Assembly: GCA_048884785.1 (NCBI GenBank)
Contig: JBHLQM010000021.1
Location: 1 to 47,081 of the forward strand
Reading direction: 5' to 3'
DNA length: 47,081 nt
Origin: Candidatus Thorarchaeota archaeon
GTDB lineage: Archaea > Asgardarchaeota > Thorarchaeia > Thorarchaeales > Thorarchaeaceae
The translations under genes and the position numbers were made by a program. Positions 36,919 to 47,081 of this stretch are shown here, in pieces; the stretch's first letter is position 1; every line of letters starts with the position of its first letter. The notes beneath the pieces were generated by a model. That model was not told the origin of the DNA. It did no database searches and was given only the letters and a program-made list of their open reading frames with translations.

Positions 36919-37860
36919 TTAGTGGTGATGATGATCTCCATTCTGCGATATTTCCATCATTTGTTGAACCGTTTTTTGCTGTATTTCCTTTGGCTCTGGA
37001 AGTTCTGTATCTTTGCCCCGTTCTCGTAGCCTCTTGATCTGTAGGGCAAGAACATAGGACAATGCAGCCAGTATTCCTGCAATTGCACTTGGGGATGCCC
37101 GGATAGTGAAAGAAGAAATGAGTCCAAGAAGTTCTGAAGCAAAAGCAATTGCAAAGACTGCAAATATTACACCTCGTACTGATTTTACGATTTCATTGGA
37201 TGCGGCAGCAGGTGCCACCATAATGGCATAGACGAGAATCGCGCCCACGGCCTTTGTGGCAAAAGCAATCGCAAGGGCAGATGTAATTAGCATCAGATAA
37301 TGATATGCTCGAGAGTTTAATCCGTGCGCAGTTGCACCTTCCATATCAACACTAACGTATACAAACTCCTTATTGAAAAGAATAGTCAAGAACAATAGAG
37401 ATGCAGCCGTCATTGATAGCAGTGTCAAATCCAGATTATCAAGTAGAAGAATATCTCCAATGAGATAGCCCCATATTTGCGGAACCTCTGTTGGAGGAAT
37501 ATAGTACATGAGAAGAACAGCAATGCTCATTGATAGAGCAAAAGACACACCCACTGCTACTTCCATTTTCTGGGCAATGCCCTTCTCACCTGCATATCCA
37601 GTAATCAGAGCCACAAACACGCTGAAGAGCAATGCACCAATTATGGGATCAAACCATGGAGCCAGTCCAGAGTGCTGCAGAAATAGACCCAAGGCCGCAC
37701 CACCTAATGCTGCATGAGCTACTCCTGAGGTCATAAACGACAACCCCCTGAATACAAGAAAGGTCCCACTTGTGGCTGCAACAAGAGCAACCAGAAAAGC
37801 GCCTAACAATGCACGCTGAACAAAAGGCGCTGAGAGGATATTAAGAAGGGTATCAATCAT
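36919..37860 (-). CDS. Zn/Mn ABC transporter permease (ZnuB/MntB type)
   Basis: VAHAALGG and YLIGDIL motifs; ends in HHHH; probable start at MIDTLL. Confidence 0.92.
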   Translation of the reverse strand: MIDTLLNILSAPFVQRALLGAFLVALVAATSGTFLVFRGLSFMTSGVAHAALGGAALGLFLQHSGLAPWFDPIIGALLFSVFVALITGYAGEKGIAQKMEVAVGVSFALSMSIAVLLMYYIPPTEVPQIWGYLIGDILLLDNLDLTLLSMTAASLLFLTILFNKEFVYVSVDMEGATAHGLNSRAYHYLMLITSALAIAFATKAVGAILVYAIMVAPAAASNEIVKSVRGVIFAVFAIAFASELLGLISSFTIRASPSAIAGILAALSYVLALQIKRLRERGKDTELPEPKEIQQKTVQQMMEISQNGDHHHH

Positions 37861-38671
37861 GTCGATCCACTCCTGAGTCATGTGTAACACAGTACTTATG
37901 TCCTGCATATTCGACAACTCTGGCTGACGGACCATAAACCTTGGAGAGAAGCTCGGGCGACATCATATCACAGGGAGTACCCACGCCAACAATCGTGTTC
38001 TTGAGTAGCAGAACGTCGCGAACATATGTATGGATAGGATTCAGGTCGTGCGTGACCATTACTATGCTCACTTTGTTTTCTCTGTGATACTCACCCAACG
38101 CCTCAACAATTAGTGACTGACTTTCAGCATCTGTCCCGGCTAGCGGTTCATCTAACATAAGTAATGGACCATCACCTGCAAGCGCACGTGCAACCAGCAC
38201 TCGCTGACGCTGTCCACCTGAGAGCTCATTGAATGGCCTGTCCCAGAGACTATCCATATTCACCCTTTTCAGAGCTTCCCTTGTAATTGTCTTATCCTTT
38301 GAAGATGCAAATCGAGGAGGAGATTTTTTCAGTAGCCGGCCCATTAGTGCAATATCCTTCACTTTCATTGGAACCGTGAGTTCAATTCGATCTCTTTGGG
38401 GGACATAGCGAACTAGTTTCCGTATCTTTTGACTCTCCGAAACGGAATCGTAGCCCATAACTCTAATACTCCCCCTGATTGGTTTCATCATTCCAAGAGA
38501 GGTTTTTAGAAACGTACTCTTCCCAGATCCGTTCGGACCTACAATAGCCATGAAGGTAGGAGCTTTGACCTTGAAATCTACATTATGAAGAGCGATTTCT
38601 CCTCCGGGATAACGCACAGCCAAATTCTCAACCTCAAAGAGCATAGAGCCTGTCATCCTAGTTGCCTCCAT
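37853..38671 (-). CDS. Zn/Mn ABC transporter ATPase (ZnuC type)
   Basis: GPNGSGKST, YVPQ, LSGGQRQRV and THDL motifs. Confidence 0.92.
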   Translation of the reverse strand: MEATRMTGSMLFEVENLAVRYPGGEIALHNVDFKVKAPTFMAIVGPNGSGKSTFLKTSLGMMKPIRGSIRVMGYDSVSESQKIRKLVRYVPQRDRIELTVPMKVKDIALMGRLLKKSPPRFASSKDKTITREALKRVNMDSLWDRPFNELSGGQRQRVLVARALAGDGPLLMLDEPLAGTDAESQSLIVEALGEYHRENKVSIVMVTHDLNPIHTYVRDVLLLKNTIVGVGTPCDMMSPELLSKVYGPSARVVEYAGHKYCVTHDSGVDRHD

Positions 38672-38690
38672 TTTGCCAAAGCATATTACT

Positions 38691-38715
38691 TCCTAATACG
38701 GCGTCATTATTAGGA
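38691..38715. promoter_or_regulatory. Inverted repeat in the divergent znu intergenic region
   Basis: TCCTAATA-N9-TATTAGGA. Confidence 0.4.
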
Positions 38716-38752
38716 TGGTTTTGTTCCTTAATTATACGTCGGAAGTGACGTC

Positions 38753-39814
38753 ATGAAACTTGCCAAGATTGTATTCTTATCGGTTCTCCTAACATCTTCA
38801 AGCATTCTTGGGCTGGTATCATCGACAAGGGCTCAGGTAGAGCCTGTTTTAGAAATAGCTGTGTCAGTGGCGCCGCTGGGAGGAATTGTTGACGAAGTAG
38901 GGCAAGGGTATGTAAGTATTCATGTTATTCTGCCAGAGGGAGTTGAACCGCATGCGGCCCAGCTATCGCAGGAGGCAATTGAAGCAGCACTGGCTGCCGA
39001 TCTACTCGTTCTTACTGGACATTATCCATGGGAAGAGATGCTCGCGAATCAGACACAAACACCTCATATTACGCTAGAGGACTATGAGGCGGCAGGAGCT
39101 GTGCTATCGCCAATTCCAGGGAACCCGCACATCGGAGAATCTGAAGGCGACCAACATGAACATGGCAATGAGAACCTACATACCTATTGGTTGCTACCAC
39201 GGAATGCGTTGGCAATTGCCAATGCGACACTTAATGAGTTCGATATTCTAAGTCCTGACTACTCTGATTTCTGGCACGCCTCTTTTGAGCAGTTCCGCGA
39301 AGACATAGAGGCATTTCAAGACCTAGTACTGGAGGTTGATGAAGAATATCATTTCTCCGATTTATCAGCAGTTGTCGTATTTCCGGCAGAGGCGTATATT
39401 GCAGAAACCTTTGGCATTGAAGTCAGGGCGGTCTTGCAAGCGGGGGATAATATATTCATTTCAGGGTCAGAGCTCTTGGCTGTACAGACAGCTCTAGCAA
39501 ATGGTAGTATTGATGTGATTCTTGGTTCAGATATTGCACGACTTCAGGCTGGCGGTGAGTTTGCGGAACAACTTGCTGCCGACACAGGGTCTCAAGTCAT
39601 CTGGTGGAGAGCGATTTTCTTCTCAGGACTCTCAGACTTTGTGTCAATTATGACATACAATCTCGGAGTTCTCACGGCCTCACTTGGAGATAAGCCCCCA
39701 TCAGAAGTAGGGGATACTACGAATTACTTGGCAATAGGAGTGGCAGGTTTTCTCTCGGTTGTGGTACTGGTCGAAACAGTCCTTATAGTTCAGAGAATAC
39801 GGAGTGAGGAGTAA
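38753..39814 (+). CDS. Zn/Mn ABC transporter substrate-binding protein (ZnuA type) with C-terminal TM anchor
   Basis: PEGVEPH, His-rich loop and NLHTYWL motifs; signal peptide. Confidence 0.9.
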   Translation: MKLAKIVFLSVLLTSSSILGLVSSTRAQVEPVLEIAVSVAPLGGIVDEVGQGYVSIHVILPEGVEPHAAQLSQEAIEAALAADLLVLTGHYPWEEMLANQTQTPHITLEDYEAAGAVLSPIPGNPHIGESEGDQHEHGNENLHTYWLLPRNALAIANATLNEFDILSPDYSDFWHASFEQFREDIEAFQDLVLEVDEEYHFSDLSAVVVFPAEAYIAETFGIEVRAVLQAGDNIFISGSELLAVQTALANGSIDVILGSDIARLQAGGEFAEQLAADTGSQVIWWRAIFFSGLSDFVSIMTYNLGVLTASLGDKPPSEVGDTTNYLAIGVAGFLSVVVLVETVLIVQRIRSEE

Positions 39815-39827
39815 AGGGAGTGATTCT

Positions 39828-40148
39828 CTACATATGAATGTCAGTGCCCAATCTCATGTTGTATATTTGAAACTCTATCTCAGTTAATTCATCTTGGAGC
39901 TTTCTGTATTTCTTGTCGAAATCCTCTTGACCTATTGATCCGGCTTTTTTCTGTTGCACCAGGTCCTTCAGCGCCTTCTGTCGCTCCCTCATCTTGGTCT
40001 TGAGTTCTTGCCATTTGAGGCGATTGCTTGACATTGTAGCGCCCCAACTTCCACTTGATGATTGATCTTGCTCAAGTTTGTGCACAGTTTCATCAAGGGA
40101 TTCCTTGATTGCATCAGCATCTCTTTCGTCAGTCAAAGCTATACCCAA
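39828..40148 (-). CDS. Small coiled-coil protein (SHOCT-like motif)
   Basis: KKAGSIGQEDFDKKYRKL within heptad-rich helices. Confidence 0.6.
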   Translation of the reverse strand: MGIALTDERDADAIKESLDETVHKLEQDQSSSGSWGATMSSNRLKWQELKTKMRERQKALKDLVQQKKAGSIGQEDFDKKYRKLQDELTEIEFQIYNMRLGTDIHM

Positions 40149-40196
40149 GAGCTTTGAAATGCGGTTCCGATATATGGTTTCACATAGGGTACTTGA

Positions 40197-41123
40197 CTAC
40201 GTAAAGAGCAATGGCATCAGGGGAACGACTGGAAGCAATAGAATTGTTCCTAGTGTGACAACTGTTGCCGCGCTCTCAGCATCCAAACCAAGTCCAGATG
40301 CATAGATTACTGTGAAAACCGCCGGAGGCATCATTGCCTGCAAGAGTATCACATTTCTGGTGAGACTTGATAATCCCACAAAGAATAGCAGAAAGCCTAT
40401 GACTACAGGAACAGCAATTTGCCGAATCGCTATTGCTTCGTATGCCATTCTGTTTCTCCTCAAAACCGAAGGTGATCCGAGACTCAATCCGACTGCAAAA
40501 AGAGCTAGATATGTTGTAATCAGGCTATTTGTGTCCATGATAGACTCGAACTCGATGGGTATTGTAAAACCAGAAACCAGCAAGATCACTGCAGTCAAAA
40601 CTGCAATTAGCGGAGGAAACGTTAGTGCCTTTTTCATCATGGCTCTCCGATTCTCACCATTCTCGCTGTATACGGAGCCCATGAGCGTGCCAAGAGTCGC
40701 AAGCATTAGCATCTGAGAGATTGAATAAAGCGCTATAACCGGAATTGCGACTTCGCCTAGAAAAATCAAAGCAAGAGGTATGGGGAGAAAAATGGCGTTG
40801 TTGAATGTTACAGTGAGAAGATAGGTTCCTTTCTCTTTGTTTGGAATTGGAACGCTCCTAATCCGTGCGAACATTAGGCCAAATCCAAGTAAGTGAATCA
40901 AAAATGTAAATAGAATGGTTCCAGCCAGCTCAACAAATGAGGAGGGGGCCGCTGTTAGTAGGGTGTCTATAATGATTAGAGGCATCATGATGTATAGAAG
41001 AAGCAATGTTGTCCATCTATTCAGAGGGGCACTCATTCTTCTGATTCGAGCTGCAAGAAATCCAAATGCAATAAAGAAGTAAAACAGGCCCAATCGGACA
41101 ATAAGATCGCCTATCAACTGCAC
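40197..41123 (-). CDS. AEC (auxin efflux carrier) family transporter
   Basis: FNNAIFLPIPL, FPPLIA and QAMMPPA motifs; about 10 TM. Confidence 0.9.
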   Translation of the reverse strand: MQLIGDLIVRLGLFYFFIAFGFLAARIRRMSAPLNRWTTLLLLYIMMPLIIIDTLLTAAPSSFVELAGTILFTFLIHLLGFGLMFARIRSVPIPNKEKGTYLLTVTFNNAIFLPIPLALIFLGEVAIPVIALYSISQMLMLATLGTLMGSVYSENGENRRAMMKKALTFPPLIAVLTAVILLVSGFTIPIEFESIMDTNSLITTYLALFAVGLSLGSPSVLRRNRMAYEAIAIRQIAVPVVIGFLLFFVGLSSLTRNVILLQAMMPPAVFTVIYASGLGLDAESAATVVTLGTILLLPVVPLMPLLFT

Positions 41124-41187
41124 CTACTAGCACCCTATGGTGCGCAGTTCAGACCACGAAAGAACTTACCGGATAGCGCTAAATCAT

Positions 41188-42951
41188 TCAATCCGATTCC
41201 GACGTTTTCACCTGTGGTAGTCCTGTCTTTCGGTCCCATCCCCTGTAAACATAGTATTCTTTCAGTTGCATCTCTAAATTGGGGACTGCCCCTTCAATCA
41301 TGCTATCCGGCAGTGGCACGAACATAGAGGCGGGCAAAGTATCGTCTTTGGGTGATAACCCACAGTTCAGATTGAATTGTCTTTTCAGACCGACAATTCT
41401 CGACCCAATTTCCAGAATATCCATTGGAGAATATGAGGAGCCTGTTGCTAGGTTCAAAAGTGTGACCATAGTACTTGGCAGAACTTCAGGAAAGTGACAG
41501 AGAATCATGGAATCATGAAATGCTCTAAAGTCCTGACACTTGGCTGCGGTAAGGCCCTTTCCCACACTGGAAATCCTATCGGAGGAAAGAATACCCAATT
41601 CTGGAACATCAATACCAATATCGATGGTATGCATATCCGCTTCTGTATGACTTGCTCCTCTGGCTGAAATTGCATATACGGTTGCTAGACCTTGGTATGC
41701 CCGAGGGTCATGATTTGGTATTTCCATCCCCTTGACATGAAGCACCTTTTCTTCAGCATTGTGCTTCTTGGCAAATCGCAATGACCCCTCAGCCAGCTCA
41801 TTTCCTCGGCCATTCCTGTGAGCGATATCATGAATTAGACTTGCTACTGAATCCATATCACCCCACTCAACATTCCAATCAAGAAACCCCAGTTCACAGA
41901 GTTTCATCACTAGTGCAATTGTACTACCGCAGCTTATTGTATCAAGACCATAGATATTGCAGAGTCTGTTCATATGAGCAATTGCCCGGATTTCAGGGTT
42001 GAGCATGTTTGTACCAAAAGCCGCAATCGTCTGGAACTCCGGGCCTGCGATGTTTTTCAGGTCATAGTCTTCAACATCCACCACTCTGCCACAGGCGATT
42101 GGGCATGAATAGCAAGCTTTTCGACCGGTTAGAATTGCCTTCATTGCTCTTGCATTTAGCTTTGATACATCAAATTCTGCTCCCTGAAAATACTTGACCG
42201 GCATATCATTTGCAATCATACCTCGGTCAACATACATTGCTGTGCCCTCTTCCCCCAATATTCTGTGCCTTTCCCGTAGTTCTTTCGAAAGACCAGTAGC
42301 AAGTTTACGAAATCCATCTGAATCGTACAAGGATGGTTTCTTGGAACCTTTCACTGCAACTGCCTTTAGATTCTTTGAACCCATCACTGCGCCTATTCCA
42401 CACCTGGCTGCTATACGTTCCTCATTCACAACTCCTGCAAACCGAACAAGGTTTTCTCCTGCCTGTCCGATGCAGGCTGTTCTTACATCACCCAAATCAG
42501 ACCGAAGTTGCTTCTGCGTGTCTTGCGTATCAAGACCCCAAAGATGTCTAGCAGAAAGAATCTCAGCCCTTTCGTCATCAATATGAAGAGATACAGGCTC
42601 CTTTGCCTTTCCGAGAAGGACTATTCCATCGAAACCTGCAAATTTCAATTCAGCACCAAATAGCCCTCCAGAATTTGACTCGCCCCAGTATCCTGTCAAT
42701 GGAGACCTTGCACAAACCACATGTCTGCCAGTGCAGGGAGCAAGAGTTCCAGTCAAGGGCCCGGTCATGAACATTAGAACATTCTTTCCATCCAATGGGT
42801 CTACTGAGAAATCTATCAAGTCCAAGAGGATGCGGCACGCATAGCCACTCCCACCAACATACCTCCGAGCATGCTCTAGGTTCAAAGGGCGTATGTTGGT
42901 CTTCTCACGGGTGAGATCAACCACCAATAGTTTTCCAGCATATCCAGGCAA
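41188..42951 (-). CDS. aor: Aldehyde:ferredoxin oxidoreductase family (W-pterin)
   Basis: GYAGKLLVVDLT, SPLTG, GAVMGSKNLKA, CYSCPIAC, GPEF, GLDTIS and DPR motifs. Confidence 0.93.
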   Translation of the reverse strand: MPGYAGKLLVVDLTREKTNIRPLNLEHARRYVGGSGYACRILLDLIDFSVDPLDGKNVLMFMTGPLTGTLAPCTGRHVVCARSPLTGYWGESNSGGLFGAELKFAGFDGIVLLGKAKEPVSLHIDDERAEILSARHLWGLDTQDTQKQLRSDLGDVRTACIGQAGENLVRFAGVVNEERIAARCGIGAVMGSKNLKAVAVKGSKKPSLYDSDGFRKLATGLSKELRERHRILGEEGTAMYVDRGMIANDMPVKYFQGAEFDVSKLNARAMKAILTGRKACYSCPIACGRVVDVEDYDLKNIAGPEFQTIAAFGTNMLNPEIRAIAHMNRLCNIYGLDTISCGSTIALVMKLCELGFLDWNVEWGDMDSVASLIHDIAHRNGRGNELAEGSLRFAKKHNAEEKVLHVKGMEIPNHDPRAYQGLATVYAISARGASHTEADMHTIDIGIDVPELGILSSDRISSVGKGLTAAKCQDFRAFHDSMILCHFPEVLPSTMVTLLNLATGSSYSPMDILEIGSRIVGLKRQFNLNCGLSPKDDTLPASMFVPLPDSMIEGAVPNLEMQLKEYYVYRGWDRKTGLPQVKTSESD

Positions 42952-43080
42952 TAATGTGCACCTTCATGATTATCTGCGACGCTGTCCAGCACACTTGCTT
43001 GTATCGCAAACCAGATTGTAGTTCACGCTGAGTACCTGTATTATATACATTCTATGTAATTACAATACTCGTGATAAACA

Positions 43081-43827
43081 ATGTCTAGTAATGCGATAAT
43101 TGTTGAAAACGTCACCAAGAGATTCGATTCAGTGACTGCGCTCGAGGATCTGAGTCTAGAAATCAAATGGGGCGAACTCTTTGGTCTTCTAGGACCAAAT
43201 GGAGCAGGTAAGACAACTCTACTCAACATTCTTGCCACAATACTTCAGCCAACAAAGGGTGGTGCTCAAGTAGGTGGTTTTGATGTTGAGCATGATTGGA
43301 AGAACGTTAGAAAGATAATTGGAGTCTGTCCTCAAGAACCAGCATACTATGGTCATCTCACAGGCCGTGAGAACATCGAGATGTTTGGTGTATTCCATGA
43401 TATTCCAAAGGCAGAGCTCAAGGAACGTACTGATGACCTCATCAGGAAGATTGGCATGGAGGATCATGCAGACAGAAAAGCAAAGGAATACAGTGGTGGC
43501 ATGGTTCGTAGAGTCAGTACTTTAATGGCACTCATCCACAACCCAAAGGTTGCCCTTCTGGATGAGCCCACTGTTGCCATGGATCCTGTGTCCAGAAGAG
43601 CAGTTTGGGACTTCATCCGTGAGCTGAAGCAAAACGGAATGGCAATTGTCTTGACAACCCATTATATGGAAGAAGCCGAATACCTCTGTGATCGTGTGGG
43701 TATCATTGATGAAGGACGCTTGATAGCCCTTGGCACACCAAAGGAGTTGATTGAAACCCACGGTGTAGAGGACCTTGAAGGGGTGTTCATCAAAATGACT
43801 GGAAAGAAGCTCAGGGAGGGACTGTAA
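43081..43827 (+). CDS. ABC-2 exporter ATPase
   Basis: GPNGAGKTT, YSGGM and TTHYMEEAE motifs. Confidence 0.93.
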   Translation: MSSNAIIVENVTKRFDSVTALEDLSLEIKWGELFGLLGPNGAGKTTLLNILATILQPTKGGAQVGGFDVEHDWKNVRKIIGVCPQEPAYYGHLTGRENIEMFGVFHDIPKAELKERTDDLIRKIGMEDHADRKAKEYSGGMVRRVSTLMALIHNPKVALLDEPTVAMDPVSRRAVWDFIRELKQNGMAIVLTTHYMEEAEYLCDRVGIIDEGRLIALGTPKELIETHGVEDLEGVFIKMTGKKLREGL

Positions 43828-43829
43828 GA

Positions 43830-44993
43830 ATGAAAATCCGAATTATCACTTCCCTTACTAAGAAAGATTTGAAGATGTTATTTCGTGAGCCAGGCACACT
43901 TTTTCTGCTGATATTGTTCCCGCTACTAGTTTCTCTGGTCTTTGGCATTGCATTTGGTGCCATGGACTCCGGGGGCGAAACGCAATTCCACATTGGCATT
44001 GTGAATATGGATGTCGACTCGACCAACGCAGATTGGTCCAATTCGTTTGTTGGTAATCTGACGGAAGTAAATGGCACTCTTGTCGTACCCTATGCGTCCA
44101 ACGAAACAGGCCAGATGGATCTTCTCAATGGGATCCTTGACGCACTTGTGATAATACCAGAAGGATTTGGGAACAGTATTGATTCATATTGGAACTCACC
44201 CATTGATGGAAGCGGCTGGCAAAACTCCACTATAGAACTCTATCTTGACAGTGGCTCAATGATTGCTGCTAGTGCAGTGCCACCAATCATTCAGCAAGTT
44301 CTCTTCCGTACTATCTATGGAGAACAAGCGGGGTCAATGGAACTTCCAATTAGTATCGGAAGCCCTTCATTGGTCTATGTAAGCAACCTCAGTCAATGGG
44401 ACTATATGGCACCCGGAATGTTCGCTTTTGCTGGAATATTCGTAATAATGATTGTTGCTCAATCATTGGCCGTAGAACGCGACGGTGGATTGCTAAAACG
44501 CATGGCTACCACACCAGTAACTGCATCAGAGTTCATTGCTGCCAAGACCCTATCGTACATGATTCTGGGAGTTCTTCAGGTATCCTTAGTGTTTTTGGGA
44601 TCATTTCTTATAGGGTACCGACCAGACACTGATGCCTTAGGTTTGGCATTTGCCTTCCTGATTGTAGTGGTCTTTGCATTGGTATCCGTGGGAATGGGCC
44701 TAATAAGTGCAGTATTATCCAAATCAGCAGATGTGGCTACTGGACTATCGTTCATATTTATCATGCCACAGATGATGTTTGGAACATTCATGCCCTTAGG
44801 AGGTTTGTCTGAGGCCATTGGAACGTACATGCCGAGTAACTATGTGACTCATGCACTCACAACCCTTTTCCTAAGAGGAGCTCCCATCGGTACACTCTCA
44901 ATCTGGATAGACCTATTGCTGGTATCCATATGTGGTGTCTTGATGTTGGTAGTTGGTACTCTCTTGTTCGCTAGACAGAACGCAAAGCATTAG
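43830..44993 (+). CDS. ABC-2 exporter permease
   Basis: 6-TM ABC-2 pattern with an extracellular domain; ERDGGLLKR motif. Confidence 0.92.
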   Translation: MKIRIITSLTKKDLKMLFREPGTLFLLILFPLLVSLVFGIAFGAMDSGGETQFHIGIVNMDVDSTNADWSNSFVGNLTEVNGTLVVPYASNETGQMDLLNGILDALVIIPEGFGNSIDSYWNSPIDGSGWQNSTIELYLDSGSMIAASAVPPIIQQVLFRTIYGEQAGSMELPISIGSPSLVYVSNLSQWDYMAPGMFAFAGIFVIMIVAQSLAVERDGGLLKRMATTPVTASEFIAAKTLSYMILGVLQVSLVFLGSFLIGYRPDTDALGLAFAFLIVVVFALVSVGMGLISAVLSKSADVATGLSFIFIMPQMMFGTFMPLGGLSEAIGTYMPSNYVTHALTTLFLRGAPIGTLSIWIDLLLVSICGVLMLVVGTLLFARQNAKH

Positions 44994-45025
44994 TCAATCT
45001 CTGACTCGCTTGACTAGCTCAAATG

Positions 45026-45059
45026 GCGCGGGTTCTTTGCCCGCGCTATTTATTACTTT
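45026..45059 (+). terminator. Hairpin plus T-rich terminator after the ABC-2 operon
   Basis: GCGCGGG-N7-CCCGCGC followed by TATTTATTACTTT. Confidence 0.6.
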
Positions 45060-45104
45060 GAAACTCATCATTTGCTGGTCAAGCAGTCAGGGTAATTCAA
45101 GTAG

Positions 45105-45815
45105 GTGATAAGCATGAATAATGAATCAACCCCAAATGATGAAAAAGAACTGAGTCAGGAAGAATTGCTTGATAGAGCAAGGCAACTTCTCAAGTTGACC
45201 GATCTTGTTGACCGATACCCTGCTGTAGTGGAACGCCGTGTGACCGGACTCGTCTATGTACTGATAGGTGGAGGAGTTGCCCTTCTGACACTTTTCTTTA
45301 CATCATTAATGACAGCTCTAGAAAGCTTGGGACTACAGCTGATTAGTATTGTATTCTTTGTTATTGGCAGCCTGTCAATAGCGTTCATCATTACATTTAG
45401 ACTGGTTACTCCCTTGACTAAATCCTACACAAGCGTATCGACCAAGACTGAACCTATGAGCAATTTAATGAAGGCATTTTGGGGTGTGTTTTGCGTCATA
45501 ATTGTGATATCTGCCGCCTATTTCTTCGGAACTGGGCAAGCGAACCTCTTTCCAATTGTCATCCAAGCAATTCTAGGTTTTAGCAATTCTTTCATCTACT
45601 ATGGTGCTAGAAGTGATGCGAAAAATGCTGATTATGCGCATGCTCACCTGATTTTGGTGTTGCTTATCTTTGCTAGTCTTATTCCAATAGTCCTTTTCCC
45701 TGAGATAGCATTCGCGGTCATGATTCTTGTAGATATTGGAGGTCTCTATGGTTTAGGAATCTATATGCTGGTGACCGCAGAACGCATCCTGGTAAGAACA
45801 TTGGACAGTGAGTGA
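45105..45815 (+). CDS. Hypothetical membrane protein (about 6 TM)
   Basis: Hydrophobic segments; stop overlaps the downstream wHTH gene. Confidence 0.75.
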   Translation: MISMNNESTPNDEKELSQEELLDRARQLLKLTDLVDRYPAVVERRVTGLVYVLIGGGVALLTLFFTSLMTALESLGLQLISIVFFVIGSLSIAFIITFRLVTPLTKSYTSVSTKTEPMSNLMKAFWGVFCVIIVISAAYFFGTGQANLFPIVIQAILGFSNSFIYYGARSDAKNADYAHAHLILVLLIFASLIPIVLFPEIAFAVMILVDIGGLYGLGIYMLVTAERILVRTLDSE

Positions 45816-46162
45816 AGATGTCACTAGATGGGGATATACTCAACGTGCTAGTGGGCCTAATGGAAGAGGACCGCGAAACATTTGTCCCAGCTCGGTTGTC
45901 AATACTTGTATATCTCTACTTCACACAAAGTTCCCAATTCACACATCTTCAGAACAAGCTAAATCTCACCTCCGGGAACCTGTCGAGTCATCTCCGAAAA
46001 CTGCAGGAGATGGGCTATGTGAGAATAACAAAGCAGTTCATTGAACTGAAACCCACGACGATTGTTATAATCACAAAGGAAGGAATTGAGAAGGTTAAGA
46101 GCCAGCTAGTCAGAATGAGAGAACTGGTATCTGCAGCAATAAAGCAAGACAAGCCTGAGTGA
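45812..46162 (+). CDS. Winged-HTH transcriptional regulator (ArsR/MarR-like)
   Basis: PARLSIL...FTHLQNKLNLTSGNLSSHLRKL...ITKEG. Confidence 0.9.
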   Translation: MKMSLDGDILNVLVGLMEEDRETFVPARLSILVYLYFTQSSQFTHLQNKLNLTSGNLSSHLRKLQEMGYVRITKQFIELKPTTIVIITKEGIEKVKSQLVRMRELVSAAIKQDKPE

Positions 46163-46218
46163 CCAAAAACCAGTATATATTTAGTCAAGTTTTGACAACC
46201 ACGGTTGAGGTAGAGGAT

Positions 46219-47081
46219 TTGAGTCAAGCGAATTCAGTCACACCATATCGTATGTTGGGATTGTTCATTCTATTCTCTGTGGTATTTACCTTCCTGATCT
46301 GGCTTGCCGGACCCCTGATTCAACCGTGGTACGATCAACTAATTCCTGATCAAGGAGCTGATTGGTATTATTGGAAGCTGCCAACCAGAAATGATGTAGC
46401 AATGCTCATAGTTTGGGTGTTGTATCTCTCGCATCAATTCCTAATTTGGGGAGCGATATACTGGGCATCGAGGAATTTGACGTCATTCAAAACCACACCT
46501 AGTCCCAAGTTGACCAAATTCAACTACTTCGTGATTCTTGTAACTATTACATTCATGGCAATCCATCTTCTCAAGACTGTCTTCCTATTTGACGGACTTG
46601 CTCAGGATGTGCCAATCTGGACAAGTCAAGGCTCAGTGATCATCATGCTAGTCTTGGTACTTGTCATTGAGCATCCCAGAAGAGGTATCTTCCTTGGCAA
46701 GAAAATGCGAAAACCTCTAACAGCACAAGTCTCAGGGTTCTTCAGAAGGAATCATCAATACATCATTGCCTGGGCACTTGTGTATACATTTTGGTTCCAT
46801 CCTGCAGTTAATGATCCACAGCTTCTCTCAGGATTCTTCTATATGTTCCTCCTATTCACGCAGATAGCGCTTGCTTACACCCCAGTTCATATCGATAAGC
46901 GATGGATAATCACTCTTGAGAGCTGGGTCGCAATTCATGCGTTAATTGTAGCATACTTCAACACCGCGTTCCCTGATATTGCCAGCACCGACATGTGGCC
47001 GATGTTCTTCTCAGGATTTGCCTTCATGTTCGTCTTCACGTATATGTATGCCCTCGATGTCAAAAAGCAGTACAGATGGTT
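46219..47081 (+). CDS. Multi-pass membrane protein, partial (runs off the window)
   Basis: Manual reading from TTG 46219 after GAGG: MSQANSVTPYRMLGLFILFSVVFTFLIWLAG...PDQGADWYYWKLP...; absent from the ORF track, presumably because it has no stop in the window. Confidence 0.75.
   Translation, partial: MSQANSVTPYRMLGLFILFSVVFTFLIWLAGPLIQPWYDQLIPDQGADWYYWKLPTRNDVAMLIVWVLYLSHQFLIWGAIYWASRNLTSFKTTPSPKLTKFNYFVILVTITFMAIHLLKTVFLFDGLAQDVPIWTSQGSVIIMLVLVLVIEHPRRGIFLGKKMRKPLTAQVSGFFRRNHQYIIAWALVYTFWFHPAVNDPQLLSGFFYMFLLFTQIALAYTPVHIDKRWIITLESWVAIHALIVAYFNTAFPDIASTDMWPMFFSGFAFMFVFTYMYALDVKKQYRW

Noticed and set aside
1-47081. tRNA, rRNA or integrase genes
   Set aside because: None recognised by eye; intergenic gaps are short. 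tRNAscan-SE and Infernal could not be run.

Overview
This is archaeal chromosomal DNA, most likely from an Asgard archaeon (Thorarchaeota-like). The assignment is inferred from a eukaryote-like actin gene sitting beside archaeal information-processing genes. Most of the window is core genome: KEOPS/Sua5/THUMP tRNA-modification genes, histidine utilisation (hutU/H/I), ECF, Zn/Mn and ABC-2 transporters, the proteasome-exosome superoperon (psmA-sdo1-rrp4-rrp41-rrp42-rpl37ae-brix-pcc1-pfdB) and an aldehyde:ferredoxin oxidoreductase. The most striking feature is at the left end (1-4579). The last ~20 codons of actin, a 9-nt post-stop motif and a hairpin/pyrimidine terminator recur three more times as direct repeats (2564-2676, 2021-2137, 1-99). 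Each repeat bounds a small, unrelated accessory cassette: a TPR/Zn-ribbon protein, a small membrane protein, and a serine hydrolase. The copies break off within 7 nt of the same point in actin and diverge more with distance (1, 2 and 13 substitutions, mostly synonymous). This suggests an integron-like cassette array that uses the actin 3' end as its attachment site. No recombinase gene is visible in the window. Divergent from actin lie a wHTH-CARF-like regulator, an RNase III-domain gene, a SAMHD1-like HD hydrolase, a stand-alone PriL-like Fe-S domain protein and an FG-GAP propeller.
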